Assembly (NCBI GenBank): GCA_036568505.1
Contig: DATCSK010000003.1
Location: 11,935 to 75,934, forward strand
Length of the DNA: 64,000 nt
Direction of reading: 5' to 3'
From: Pseudomonadales bacterium
GTDB lineage: Bacteria > Pseudomonadota > Gammaproteobacteria > Pseudomonadales > M0112
Shown: positions 49,206-58,597 of the stretch, piece after piece
Layout: every line of letters begins with the position of its first letter
How positions within the stretch are numbered: position 1 is the stretch's first letter
Translations under genes and position numbers: made by a program
Notes under the pieces: model-generated
The model's input: only the letters and a program-made list of their open reading frames with translations
The model's database searches: none
Told to the model about the DNA's origin: nothing

Positions 49206-50942
49206 ATGTGGCGTATTCGGGTTTTGCGTGATGATCACTCCGCCGCCAACGCGGCCACCTTGTCTCAAATGCGCGAGATGATCACCCAGCAGTTTCCACT
49301 GGCCACCCAAGCCGAAACATTAAAAGTGGCCGAGCGCTTGCGCCGGCCAATGGCCGAGGCTTTTTGGCCGCTGGTGTTGGTTGCCGAAGATTTCAACGGT
49401 CGTTTGCTGGCGTTTGCCAGTGTATTTCTCTACCAGCCGTTGCAGTTGGCACATCTGGAATTTATTTCAGCATCGCCTTCGCGTGCGGGCAGTGGCTTGG
49501 GTGGCATGTTGTATGAACGGCTGCGTGAAGAGTGTCGTCAGTTAGGCTGCACCGGATTGTTGTTTGAATGTTTGCCGGATGATGATGCCATCACCGACGC
49601 ACAGATCCTGAAAGAGAATCGCCAGCGCCTGCGTTTTTACGAGCACTTTGGCGTGTACCCGATGATCAATACCGGCTATGAAAATCCGGGCAAGCCAAGC
49701 GATCCGCTGGGTGCGTTCATGATGTATGACGATCTGGGCAGCGGTGAGGGCTTATCGCGCGCTAAAGCGCAAGCTTATATCCCGGTGTTTCTGGCCTACA
49801 AATATCCCAAAGAATGCCCATTGCCGGTGGGGCAGCGCGTTGCGCAAGGGTTTGTGGATGACCCGATTCAATTGCGTGCGCCACGGTATCTGCGAAAAAC
49901 CGCCGCAGTCAAAGCCGTGGTGTCCGCTGAGAGCCAATCGCCTTATGCCATCGTGGTGAATGACCAGCATGAAATACACCACGTGCGTGACCGGGGTTAT
50001 GTCGAGGCTCCGGTGCGCATTGCCCGCATCAGGGATGAGCTTAACAAAACCGGTTTATTCAAAGAGTTGCCGGCGGAATCGACCGAAGACAGTCATATCA
50101 CGGCCGTGCACGATGCCGCGTACGTGAATTATTTGAAGAAAATCTGCAAAACGCTGCCTGAGAATCAATCCATTTATCCGGCAGTCTTTCCGATTCGAAA
50201 TGCAACGCGCCCGCCGAAAGATCTGGCCATGCAGGCAGGGTACTACTGCATGGACACCTTCACGCCATTGAATGGCAATGCCTACCGTGCCGCGCGCGCT
50301 GCGGTCGATTGCACCTTAACCGCCGCCAATGCCGTCATCGATCATTACAGCATGGCGTATGCATTGGTGCGTCCGCCGGGCCATCATGCCGAGCGTCGCG
50401 CGTTTGGCGGATTCTGTTATTTCAACTCGTCAGCGATTGCCGCGCATTACTTGAGCCGCTATGGGCGCGTGGCCGTATTGGATGTCGACTTCCATCATGG
50501 CAATGGCACGCAGGATATTTTTTATCGGCGCAATGATGTGTTTACGGCGTCTATTCATGGCGATCCGGTGCATGCGTATCCGTTTTTCAGTGGTTTTGCG
50601 GATGAAACCGGCGACGGCGACGGCGTGGGTTATAACCTGAACATTCCTTTGCCTGAACGCATCACCCCTGAAAAGTACCAGCAATCACTTAAAAAAGCCT
50701 TGAAGGTCATACGCGATTTTTCGCCTGAATATTTCGTGCTGGCACTCGGCTTTGATACTGCCAAGAGCGATCCCACGGGTACCTGGAGTTTGACGGCTGA
50801 ACATTTCAGGGAAAATGCCCGCTTGATTGCAAAAATGCCTTGCCCCATTCTGGTCGTACAAGAAGGCGGTTACCGGACGCGGACCTTGGGTCAGAATGCA
50901 CGCGCCTTCTTTGAAGGTTTTTACGAAGGCCGTACAAAATAA
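49206..50942 (+). CDS. Fusion protein: N-terminal GNAT-like domain plus C-terminal histone deacetylase/acetylpolyamine amidohydrolase family domain
   Basis: GNAT-like RAGSGLGGMLYERLREEC in the first ~190 aa. HDAC motifs VRPPGHHAE, DVDFHHGNGTQDIF and VQEGGY in the C-terminal ~330 aa. AGGAGG ribosome-binding site before ATG 49206. Confidence 0.8.
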   Translation: MWRIRVLRDDHSAANAATLSQMREMITQQFPLATQAETLKVAERLRRPMAEAFWPLVLVAEDFNGRLLAFASVFLYQPLQLAHLEFISASPSRAGSGLGGMLYERLREECRQLGCTGLLFECLPDDDAITDAQILKENRQRLRFYEHFGVYPMINTGYENPGKPSDPLGAFMMYDDLGSGEGLSRAKAQAYIPVFLAYKYPKECPLPVGQRVAQGFVDDPIQLRAPRYLRKTAAVKAVVSAESQSPYAIVVNDQHEIHHVRDRGYVEAPVRIARIRDELNKTGLFKELPAESTEDSHITAVHDAAYVNYLKKICKTLPENQSIYPAVFPIRNATRPPKDLAMQAGYYCMDTFTPLNGNAYRAARAAVDCTLTAANAVIDHYSMAYALVRPPGHHAERRAFGGFCYFNSSAIAAHYLSRYGRVAVLDVDFHHGNGTQDIFYRRNDVFTASIHGDPVHAYPFFSGFADETGDGDGVGYNLNIPLPERITPEKYQQSLKKALKVIRDFSPEYFVLALGFDTAKSDPTGTWSLTAEHFRENARLIAKMPCPILVVQEGGYRTRTLGQNARAFFEGFYEGRTK

Positions 50943-50963
50943 TGCTGCAAACGCAGGGATCGG

Positions 50964-52013
50964 ATGACCAATAAAAAACAGACAGACCCGTTGCGGGTTT
51001 TTGTGATCGGCGGTACCGGGTTTATCGGCTTCCATGCGGTTCGCGCATTATTGGCGCGCGGCCATTTGGTGACGGTGTTGTCGCGTCAAGCAGAGACTGC
51101 CGGTATTTTGTTTGCAGGCCATGTGTCGGCGGTCGGCGGTGATTTGAATGCACTGGATGCCGATGACTGGGCATTGATGCTGGCCGGTTTTGATGCGGTG
51201 GTGTTTGCCGCCGGTGTTGATGAGCGTGCCACCCCCAAAGGCAAGCCCGAAGACTTCTTTTATCAGGCCAATGTCCTTCCTACGCGTGCCGTGTTGCGCG
51301 GTGCTGAGGCGGCGGGCGTGAAGCGCGCGGTAGTGGTCACCTCTATTTTTGCGTGGTTGCATCGCGAAAAGCCGGAACTGAAGTTGACCGAGGTGCACCC
51401 GTATATCCGCAGTCGCATCCAGCAAGAAGAATGTGCATTGACGGCCTGTCAAAAGACCGTGCTCAGTATTTTGCAACTGCCGTATGTGTTTGGCCCTGCC
51501 CGCAGTGGCCAGACGCCGTTATGGGGGCCGTTGATTGCCTATGTGCGCACCCCGGTGATGATGATGGTGACGGCCGGTGGCGCCAATGTGATGTCAGTGC
51601 AGTCGGTGGCCGATGCCATTGTCGGCGCGGTGGAGCGTCCCACGCGGACGGCGATTTACCCGATCGGTGATGAAAACTTGAGTTGGCGTGATTTACTGCA
51701 GCGCCTGTGTGAGCGCGTCGGTCGGCCCGATCAGCGCATCACCGAAATCTCATCGCCGGTGTTCCGTGATTTGACGCGTGCCGGGGCATTTTTTAAAAAG
51801 TTGTTTGGCATTCAATCGGGGCTGGACACCGGTCAGCTGGTGAAATTGCTCACTCAGCAGATATGGTACGACCCCGCACCGTCGCAGAAAGCGCTCGGCT
51901 ATAAAGGCGGTCATCTGGACGATGCGCTACAGGCCACGATTGATTCGTGCCCGGAAACGGCGGCATCACGCAGTTGGCGAAAGATGTGGGAATGGATTGT
52001 ACCGGGCGAATAA
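50964..52013 (+). CDS. NAD(P)-dependent epimerase/dehydratase family (extended/atypical SDR) protein
   Basis: VFVIGGTGFIGFH Rossmann motif; 349 aa. Confidence 0.78.
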   Translation: MTNKKQTDPLRVFVIGGTGFIGFHAVRALLARGHLVTVLSRQAETAGILFAGHVSAVGGDLNALDADDWALMLAGFDAVVFAAGVDERATPKGKPEDFFYQANVLPTRAVLRGAEAAGVKRAVVVTSIFAWLHREKPELKLTEVHPYIRSRIQQEECALTACQKTVLSILQLPYVFGPARSGQTPLWGPLIAYVRTPVMMMVTAGGANVMSVQSVADAIVGAVERPTRTAIYPIGDENLSWRDLLQRLCERVGRPDQRITEISSPVFRDLTRAGAFFKKLFGIQSGLDTGQLVKLLTQQIWYDPAPSQKALGYKGGHLDDALQATIDSCPETAASRSWRKMWEWIVPGE

Positions 52014-52027
52014 CGCGAATGGAGTCA

Positions 52028-52222
52028 TCAGCTTTTGCTTTTGGCCGCATCCGATGATTTTTTATGGCCCTGAAATTGCTGTTGGCCGCTAACGCCTTGA
52101 TCAATGTACTGAATTTTACCGCCGGCTTTTAAAAAAGCCTCGGTTTGGGACTCGATGGACTCGGAGGTTTCTTTGGCAGCCGGTGCCTTTTTTGCACTTC
52201 TGGTCTTGAGTTGGACAGCCAT
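52028..52222 (-). CDS. Small basic protein (64 aa), function unknown
   Basis: MAVQLKTRSAKKAPAAKE...AFLKAGGKIQYIDQGVSG... Only the 3' 195 nt of the 193-aa track ORF avoids overlapping rlmD. The FL.xGGKxQ motif faintly recalls SutA-type regulators, which I cannot verify. Confidence 0.4.
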   Translation of the reverse strand: MAVQLKTRSAKKAPAAKETSESIESQTEAFLKAGGKIQYIDQGVSGQQQFQGHKKSSDAAKSKS

Positions 52223-52333
52223 GACGCAGCCTTTAAGTGTGAAGGGCGGTCGACCATTGTACAGGAAGTGAGCATTAAATGCTGGCCGCCGGCACGCTGT
52301 GCGAAAATAGCGTTTTACTAACGGGTACCGCTG

Positions 52334-53635
52334 ATGTCGTTGATTCGCCTGACCATTGAAAGCCTGAGTCATGAAGGCCGCGGCATTGCGCGCCATCACG
52401 GCAAAACCTGTTTCGTGACGGGGGCTTTGCCCGGGGAGACGGTCGAAGCACGGCTGGTTCATCGCAAAGCCCGGCTTGAGGAGTACGACACCGTCACGGT
52501 GTTGGAGGCATCGGCCGATCGCGTCACACCGCCTTGTGCGTTGTACGAGCAGTGCGGCGGTTGCGATTTGCAGCATCTGGATGCGGGTGGCCAGATTGCC
52601 CATAAACAATTGAGTTTGCTGGAGCAGTTGTTTCGGCAGGCCGGCATGGAGCCCGATTGCATTGAGTTGCCATTAAACTCGGCCATGTTCGGCTACCGGC
52701 GTCGAGCCCGCTTGGCGGTGTGGGTGCCGCGTCAGGGCGGCAAAGCCGTGCTCGGGTTTCGTGAGCGGCGTGGCAACAAAGTGGTGGCGGTGGATCACTG
52801 CCCGGTGCTGGAGCCGGCGCTGTCGTCATTGCCTGCGGCGTTAACGAAGGCCGTCGCGCAATTAAGTTATCCGCAAGCCTTGGGCCATATCGAATTGTCT
52901 TTATCGGAATCGACCGACCATCGCGATTCACCGGTTGTGTTGTTGCGCAGCGTGGCCGAGGTGCCCGAGGCGGATCGGGCGATCTGGACATCACTGGCGA
53001 TTGAGCAAGCAGCCTACGTTTTCTTGCAGGACACGACCGATGGTTTCGAGTGTTTGCATGCCCCGATACAGGAAGCGCCCGGTTATTGTTTGCCCGAGTT
53101 CAAATTGCGTCTGGGGTATTCCGGCGGTGATTTCGTGCAAGCGAATCGCGTGGTGAATCGTGCGTTGGTGAAGACCGTGATGGAATGGTTGGCACCCAAA
53201 TCCGGCGAGCATATGCTCGATGCATTTTCCGGTTTGGGTAATTTCAGTCTGCCGATGGCGCGGTTGGGCGCGCACGTGTTGGGTTTGGAAGTGGCGGCGG
53301 GCATGGTTGCTCAAGCCCATGCCAATGCGCTCGGCAATGCGGTCGCCAATGTCGAATTCGCTGTTTGCGATTTGCAGGCTGAAGATGTTCGCTTGCCGAC
53401 AGGTCACTGGGATGCGGTCGTGCTCGACCCGCCGCGCACCGGCGCTCTGGATTTGGTCAAAGCGATAGCCAAGAAAAAAATAAAGCGCGTGCTGTACGTG
53501 AGTTGCAATCCCGGAACCTTGGCGCGCGATGCCAAAGCGCTCGCTGAAAAGGGCTACACGCTAGATCGTTTGGCGCTGGTCGATATGTTTCCGCAAACCG
53601 CGCATATCGAAGCCTTGGCGTTATTTCGCCGATAG
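52334..53635 (+). CDS. rlmD: 23S rRNA (uracil1939-C5)-methyltransferase RlmD (RumA)
   Basis: TRAM-like N-terminus, Fe-S cysteines (C...CGGCDLQH...C), DAFSGLGNFSLP, YVSCNPGTLARD and DMFPQTAHIE motifs. Confidence 0.9.
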   Translation: MSLIRLTIESLSHEGRGIARHHGKTCFVTGALPGETVEARLVHRKARLEEYDTVTVLEASADRVTPPCALYEQCGGCDLQHLDAGGQIAHKQLSLLEQLFRQAGMEPDCIELPLNSAMFGYRRRARLAVWVPRQGGKAVLGFRERRGNKVVAVDHCPVLEPALSSLPAALTKAVAQLSYPQALGHIELSLSESTDHRDSPVVLLRSVAEVPEADRAIWTSLAIEQAAYVFLQDTTDGFECLHAPIQEAPGYCLPEFKLRLGYSGGDFVQANRVVNRALVKTVMEWLAPKSGEHMLDAFSGLGNFSLPMARLGAHVLGLEVAAGMVAQAHANALGNAVANVEFAVCDLQAEDVRLPTGHWDAVVLDPPRTGALDLVKAIAKKKIKRVLYVSCNPGTLARDAKALAEKGYTLDRLALVDMFPQTAHIEALALFRR

Positions 53636-53640
53636 ACCGT

Positions 53641-55551
53641 TTACTGCGTGGTGGTAATCCGCTTGTCATCGGCACTGGCTGGCTGCCAGGCAATCACCGA
53701 TGGCGTGGTGTCATCGAGTAATTGGCTTTTGAGCCAGTTGCCGCCATCGGGATTTTTTAGCACATCGCCTACGCCGCCGGGGCTTTGCAAGTGCAATGTC
53801 TGAGGTGCCGCCTCAAACAGCAGATCGTCGGGCAGGTTCATGTTGCGCAAGCTGCTTAATACCGCACGCGCATCAAAGTCGACGGTGTATTCAAATTGCT
53901 GACGGCTGCCGTAACGCGGGCAGAACAAGCTATCGAGCACAATGGTGCGGGTGATCTGCGGCATCAGCTGCCGGGCGTGATGCTGCTCAAGCCACGCCAT
54001 GATCGTGTCATGAATAATGTCGTAACAACGCTCACGGTCTTTCAGAATGGTCAGGTAGGCCTGTGCGCGCTCTTCGTACACTTGCATGCGATTATCAGGA
54101 TCAATGCCGGGCAATTCGTCAGCAAAGGCATGCACCAGCGCATCGGTGACGGCGCGCAACATGCTGCCCACCGGCACGCTGCCTTCGAGAGCCAAATAAC
54201 GCGCGGTGCGCGAGAGCATATGGCCGTGAATCAGCATCAGGTGTGAAGTAATCAAAAAATACCCTTCGCCGCCTTCGGTGCTATCAAACGTGTGACAGCC
54301 CACCACGTATTCGCCTTTGGCTTTGCCGTAACCGGCCACCGGAATCGTCTGGATATTGTATTCATCGCGCTTGTCGTAAAACTCGGTGCCCGGCAGCAGG
54401 GTGTAACCGAAAATATTGATGCTGGGAAATGTCGCCAGCAGTTTGTCGAGATTGGTTTCAAAGCTTTGCAAGTTGTCGCCGGGTAAACCCCAAATCAGTT
54501 CGGCTGAAATCGGAATGCCCGACTCGGCCATGCGGCGTGCAATCGGTTCGTACTCGTTGGCGGCCATGTTCTCACGGTGGCACAGCTCGAGTGCCAAGGG
54601 CGTGAGTGTTTGCAGTGCCAATTGATAATGCGGCAATAAGCCATGGTCGTGCAGCATCAATACAATTTCTTGCACGCGCGGGTTGTGCTTTTTAGACCAC
54701 GAGGTCGCAAAGGTGCGCGGCAGGTCATAGCGCTCTTTCAAATCGCAAATAATGCGGGCTTTTTCAATATCGGTTTTTAAGGCACCGAAGTTGGAGTCGG
54801 CCAGCCAGATATTCGGTATGCCGGCTTGGGCGATTTTTTCCCAGTCGTGTTTTAAGCGTTCAATCGGAAAGGACACCATCTTGGTGCCAATCGCGCCGGT
54901 GCCCCATTCGCAGAACGAGCACTTGTACGGGCAGCCGCGACTGGTTTCATAAGCCACGGCATCGTACAGCGGCTTTCCGTTGGCATCGGTCAGTTCCAAT
55001 ACATCAAAGGGCGACGGAATTTTTGCCAGGTCCAGCTGACGCTCGCGCTTGGCGGTTTTCACAATGGCGCCGTCTTTTAAAAACGCAATGCCGGCCACCT
55101 CGGCCCATTGGTGCATGGGGGTGTCGAGCAATTCCTGAAAGCTGGCTTCGGCCTCGCCCAAGGCAATGACATCAATCGGGTCAACGCCCAAATAGGTTTC
55201 GGCCTGTTGCACGTGCGGGCCGCCGGCAATGATGGTAAGCCCCGGGCAGGCGCGGCGCAGGGTGCGGGTCAAATCCAGAAATTCGGCGGCATTCCAGGTG
55301 TAAAAGCTGATGCCGACGATCGGTTGCAAGCCTTCTGCAATGGCGGCATGGGCTTCGTCAATGAGTGTTGCGAGATGGCGTTCAATCCATTCGGGCACTT
55401 GCTCGCGATCGCGAAAATGAATTTGCCGGAAGTCGATTGCCTCCGGCGTTTGGCCGTACACGCGATACCAGGCAATCAACCCACCGGTGGCGGTGGGGGC
55501 TGCGTGAAAGTGCTCGGAATCAAGACTGAACAACCAGACGGGGCGTTTCAT
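53641..55551 (-). CDS. B12-binding domain / radical SAM (class B) enzyme with a long C-terminal extension
   Basis: N-terminal Rossmann-like B12-binding region (IVGISFYTWN...IIAGGPH...ALGEAE), radical-SAM cluster RGCPYKCSFCEWG, and about 250 aa of unassigned C-terminus. Confidence 0.8.
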   Translation of the reverse strand: MKRPVWLFSLDSEHFHAAPTATGGLIAWYRVYGQTPEAIDFRQIHFRDREQVPEWIERHLATLIDEAHAAIAEGLQPIVGISFYTWNAAEFLDLTRTLRRACPGLTIIAGGPHVQQAETYLGVDPIDVIALGEAEASFQELLDTPMHQWAEVAGIAFLKDGAIVKTAKRERQLDLAKIPSPFDVLELTDANGKPLYDAVAYETSRGCPYKCSFCEWGTGAIGTKMVSFPIERLKHDWEKIAQAGIPNIWLADSNFGALKTDIEKARIICDLKERYDLPRTFATSWSKKHNPRVQEIVLMLHDHGLLPHYQLALQTLTPLALELCHRENMAANEYEPIARRMAESGIPISAELIWGLPGDNLQSFETNLDKLLATFPSINIFGYTLLPGTEFYDKRDEYNIQTIPVAGYGKAKGEYVVGCHTFDSTEGGEGYFLITSHLMLIHGHMLSRTARYLALEGSVPVGSMLRAVTDALVHAFADELPGIDPDNRMQVYEERAQAYLTILKDRERCYDIIHDTIMAWLEQHHARQLMPQITRTIVLDSLFCPRYGSRQQFEYTVDFDARAVLSSLRNMNLPDDLLFEAAPQTLHLQSPGGVGDVLKNPDGGNWLKSQLLDDTTPSVIAWQPASADDKRITTTQ

Positions 55552-55569
55552 AATGGTCAGCGTGTGCTG

Positions 55570-57024
55570 TTAAGCGGCCGCCTGATCTCCTTTGGCAATC
55601 ATCTGGGGTATCAATGAGCCCACGATCATGCCGGTGATGGATGCGAGCAGGCCGGCCAATTGCCCCGGCCAAATGGTTTCAAAATCGGGGTTGATCATGG
55701 GGGTAATGAAATCCATGCCAATCCATACCGACAAGCCCGCTGCAATAGCGAACAGCGCACCTTGCGTGGTGGCGCGCTTCCAGTACACACCAAAGGCCAA
55801 CGGCACAAAAGCGGACACCAGCGTCACGCAATAGGCATTGCCCACCATCTCGTAAATGCTCGATTCGCTGTTTAATGCAAAGGCGGTGACGCAGCAGGTG
55901 AAGATCACCACGGTGATGCGAATGGTGAGCAGGAATTTTTCGTCTGAAATATCTTTATTCAAATACCCTTTCAGGATGTTCTCGGTGAAAGTCACGGACG
56001 GTGCCAACAAGGTGCCGGCAGCGGTCGACATAATGGCCGACAGCAGTGCGCCGAAGAAAATAATCTGCGCGAACAGCGGTGTGTCATTCATGATCAGTGT
56101 GGGCAACACGTGTTGGGCATCTTCGGCCATGGTGGCTTCGACCATGGCAGGGTCAATCAAGAATGCTGACGACACCAGAAAGATCGGTATAAACGCAAAC
56201 ACCAAATAAAAGCTGCCGCCGAGGATAGAGCCCCACACTGCCGTGCGCTCGTCTTTGGCCGAGGTGACGCGCTGAAACACGTCCTGTTGCGGAATCGAAC
56301 CCAGCATCAAGGTGACGGCAGCGCCAATAAACGCCAGCATGTCGGGCAGGGTAGGTTCGGGCCAGAATTCCAGCTTGCCTGCGGTATCCACATACTCAAT
56401 CACGGTACCCACGCCGCCGGCTTTGTCGCCCAAATACCAGGCCAGATAGAACAGGCCGAATACAATCACCACCATCTGGAAGGCGCTGGTCCATGCAACC
56501 GAGAACATGCCACCGAACAAGGTATAGACCAGCACGATCGATGAGCCCAGCAAGATGCCGGCAACGACGCTGACTTCGCCGCCGGTCACCACATTGAATA
56601 CCAGTCCCATGGCGGTGAGCTGCGCCGATACCCAACCGAGGTACGAAATGATGATGGCAACCGAGGTCAAAAATTCGACGGTGTGGTTGTAGCGGTCGCG
56701 GTAATAATCACCGATGGTGAGCAGGTTTTTACGGTAGAGGTGGGCTGCAAAAAACACGCCCACAAAGATCAAACAGAACGCGGCGCCGAACGGGTCTTCG
56801 ACAATGCCGCCCAGACCTTCTTCCATGAACCGGCCGGGGATACCGAGTACCGTCTCCGAGCCAAACCAGGTCGCAAACACCGTGGCGGCCACCACGAACA
56901 GTGGCAAGCTGCGGCCAGCCACCACGTAGTCGCGTGAACTGTGAACCTTGCCGGAGGCCAGCAGGCCAATGCCGACAGTCACTAATAGATAGATCGCAAC
57001 AAATAGGGTGAGGGCGCTGAACAT
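55570..57024 (-). CDS. Solute:sodium symporter (SSS) family transporter
   Basis: 484 aa with about 13 TM segments and a typical SSS N-terminus (DYVVAGRSLP..., ATWFGSETVLG). Confidence 0.85.
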   Translation of the reverse strand: MFSALTLFVAIYLLVTVGIGLLASGKVHSSRDYVVAGRSLPLFVVAATVFATWFGSETVLGIPGRFMEEGLGGIVEDPFGAAFCLIFVGVFFAAHLYRKNLLTIGDYYRDRYNHTVEFLTSVAIIISYLGWVSAQLTAMGLVFNVVTGGEVSVVAGILLGSSIVLVYTLFGGMFSVAWTSAFQMVVIVFGLFYLAWYLGDKAGGVGTVIEYVDTAGKLEFWPEPTLPDMLAFIGAAVTLMLGSIPQQDVFQRVTSAKDERTAVWGSILGGSFYLVFAFIPIFLVSSAFLIDPAMVEATMAEDAQHVLPTLIMNDTPLFAQIIFFGALLSAIMSTAAGTLLAPSVTFTENILKGYLNKDISDEKFLLTIRITVVIFTCCVTAFALNSESSIYEMVGNAYCVTLVSAFVPLAFGVYWKRATTQGALFAIAAGLSVWIGMDFITPMINPDFETIWPGQLAGLLASITGMIVGSLIPQMIAKGDQAAA

Positions 57025-57120
57025 AATCCGATCCTTGACGGTGAGCCGGCGAGGTAAAAAAGCGACCCGCTGATTGTAAAAGCGACTGTCTAAAAATCAA
57101 TCAGAAAATCGGCCTTGCGC

Positions 57121-58362
57121 TCAGATCAGTAGCATCCCGACCAGACAGGCCAGCCCATAGCCGCCGCTGTAGGCGATCAAAATGAGCGGGCTGTAGCGCA
57201 AATAGGCCGAAAAGCTCAATTCCCGCATTTTGCTCATGGCCACAATGCCGGCAGCCGAACCGATCACCAATAATGAACCGCCCACGCCAATGGCATAGGT
57301 CAGCCCAAGCCAGCCGTTGTGATCCATGTGCACACCCGATTTCAACAGGGCTGCGGTCATCGGCACGTTATCGATCAGGGCCGACATCAACCCCATCAGA
57401 TAATTGGCCCATGCGGTGGGGTATTCGGCATACAGGGTGGGGATGATGTCCAGCGCGCCCAATTCCAGCGCCAGCCCCACCAGCAGCAACACACCCAAAA
57501 AGAAGAACAGGGTTTCAAACTCGATCACGCGCACGTAATCGAGCCAATCGCCTTCGTCGCCAATGCCCAGCCACCAACCGGCAATGAACATCACCGACAG
57601 GCCGCACAAAAACACCAGCAAAGGCGGCAACGAGAACAGCAGGCTGCCGCTGATGGTGCAGATGAGCGTGAGCAAAAAAATACCGGCCACAGCCCAGTCG
57701 CGACCGCGTAATACAATGGCGCGTGGCGTGAGTGCAATGCTCTGGTCCATGCCGTGTTGCAACAGCGCAAACAAAATCAGCACGCCGCCCAGCGCAGGCA
57801 GTGAGAGCAGCATGATATCGAGCACCGGCAACTTGCCGGCCAAAAAAATCATCAGCGTGGTGACATCGCCGGTAATCAACGCCACACCGCCGGAGTTGAT
57901 CGCAAACACCGCCAGCACCGCGCAGCGCAGTTTGGGCGTGTTATCAACGGGCAAGGTCAGTATCAACGACAAGCACACCAGCGTGGCGGTGATGTTGTCC
58001 GCCAGCGATGAAAACGCAAACGCGAACAAGCCGACAAACAGCATCAGCTTGCGCAAACTGATCTGCCGAGGCAGCCAGCGGTAGATCAAGGCTTCAATAA
58101 AACCCTGTTTGTTCAAGTAGGCCACAAAGGTCATGGTGGCCACCAAAAACAGCCACAAGCTGGAGATGCCGAGCAACTCCTCTTCAAAACGGATGCGCAC
58201 ATGCTCGCGCCCACCAAAGCCCTCGGGGAATATCCACAAAGTAATCCAGGCCAAGGTGCCTAAAAACAAGGTGGCCTTGGCTTTGCTTAAATGAAGGTGT
58301 TCTTCAAACAGAATGGCAGCCAGCGCCAAGGCCAGCAGTGAATAACAGAACGCATGCATCAT
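57121..58362 (-). CDS. ArsB/NhaD-superfamily transporter, NhaD-like Na+/H+ antiporter
   Basis: 413 aa, polytopic. The LADNITAT and DNVPMTAALL type repeats are typical of NhaD/ArsB-fold carriers. Confidence 0.72.
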   Translation of the reverse strand: MMHAFCYSLLALALAAILFEEHLHLSKAKATLFLGTLAWITLWIFPEGFGGREHVRIRFEEELLGISSLWLFLVATMTFVAYLNKQGFIEALIYRWLPRQISLRKLMLFVGLFAFAFSSLADNITATLVCLSLILTLPVDNTPKLRCAVLAVFAINSGGVALITGDVTTLMIFLAGKLPVLDIMLLSLPALGGVLILFALLQHGMDQSIALTPRAIVLRGRDWAVAGIFLLTLICTISGSLLFSLPPLLVFLCGLSVMFIAGWWLGIGDEGDWLDYVRVIEFETLFFFLGVLLLVGLALELGALDIIPTLYAEYPTAWANYLMGLMSALIDNVPMTAALLKSGVHMDHNGWLGLTYAIGVGGSLLVIGSAAGIVAMSKMRELSFSAYLRYSPLILIAYSGGYGLACLVGMLLI

Positions 58363-58506
58363 GAGGATGGCACCCGTAAGTAGCGCGGCAAGCAGGCCGC
58401 GACTGGTACGCCTGACAGGAGTCGAACCTGCGATCCTCCGTTTGGGAGGCGGATGCTCTCTCCGCTGAGCTACAGGCGCATGAGGCGGGCATTTTACGGG
58501 GGATTG
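58323..58506. repeat. Direct repeat copy A (184 bp: transporter 5' end + spacer + tRNA + tRNA promoter -10)
   Basis: A hand alignment to 59170..59353 (offset 847) shows 1 mismatch in 81 nt on the left flank, 6 in 76 nt in the tRNA, and 0 in 27 nt on the right flank. Confidence 0.85.
58404..58479 (-). tRNA. tRNA with CCC anticodon on a tRNA-Arg(CCU)-derived body (neo-functional or pseudo-tRNA)
   Basis: Reverse complement: GCGCCTGTAGCTCAGCGGAGAGAGCATCCGCCTCCCAAACGGAGGATCGCAGGTTCGACTCCTGTCAGGCGTACCA. The cloverleaf folds, with anticodon loop CTCCCAA. C31 and A39 are mismatched, G49 and U65 form a wobble pair, and CCA is encoded. Confidence 0.6.
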
Positions 58507-58597
58507 ACGGGGGTGACCAGTGAGGCGTTGGGTGCGTGGTCATGCTCGGCAATAGCGGCAGTGTCAGGGGTTGCGAAGAAGGCCGTACATCGCAAGG

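Noticed and set aside
52223-52609. The upstream two-thirds of the 193-aa minus-strand ORF 52028..52609
   Set aside because: It overlaps the well-supported rlmD N-terminus on the other strand and has odd composition. Only the terminal 64 codons, from ATG 52222, are kept, and those at low confidence.
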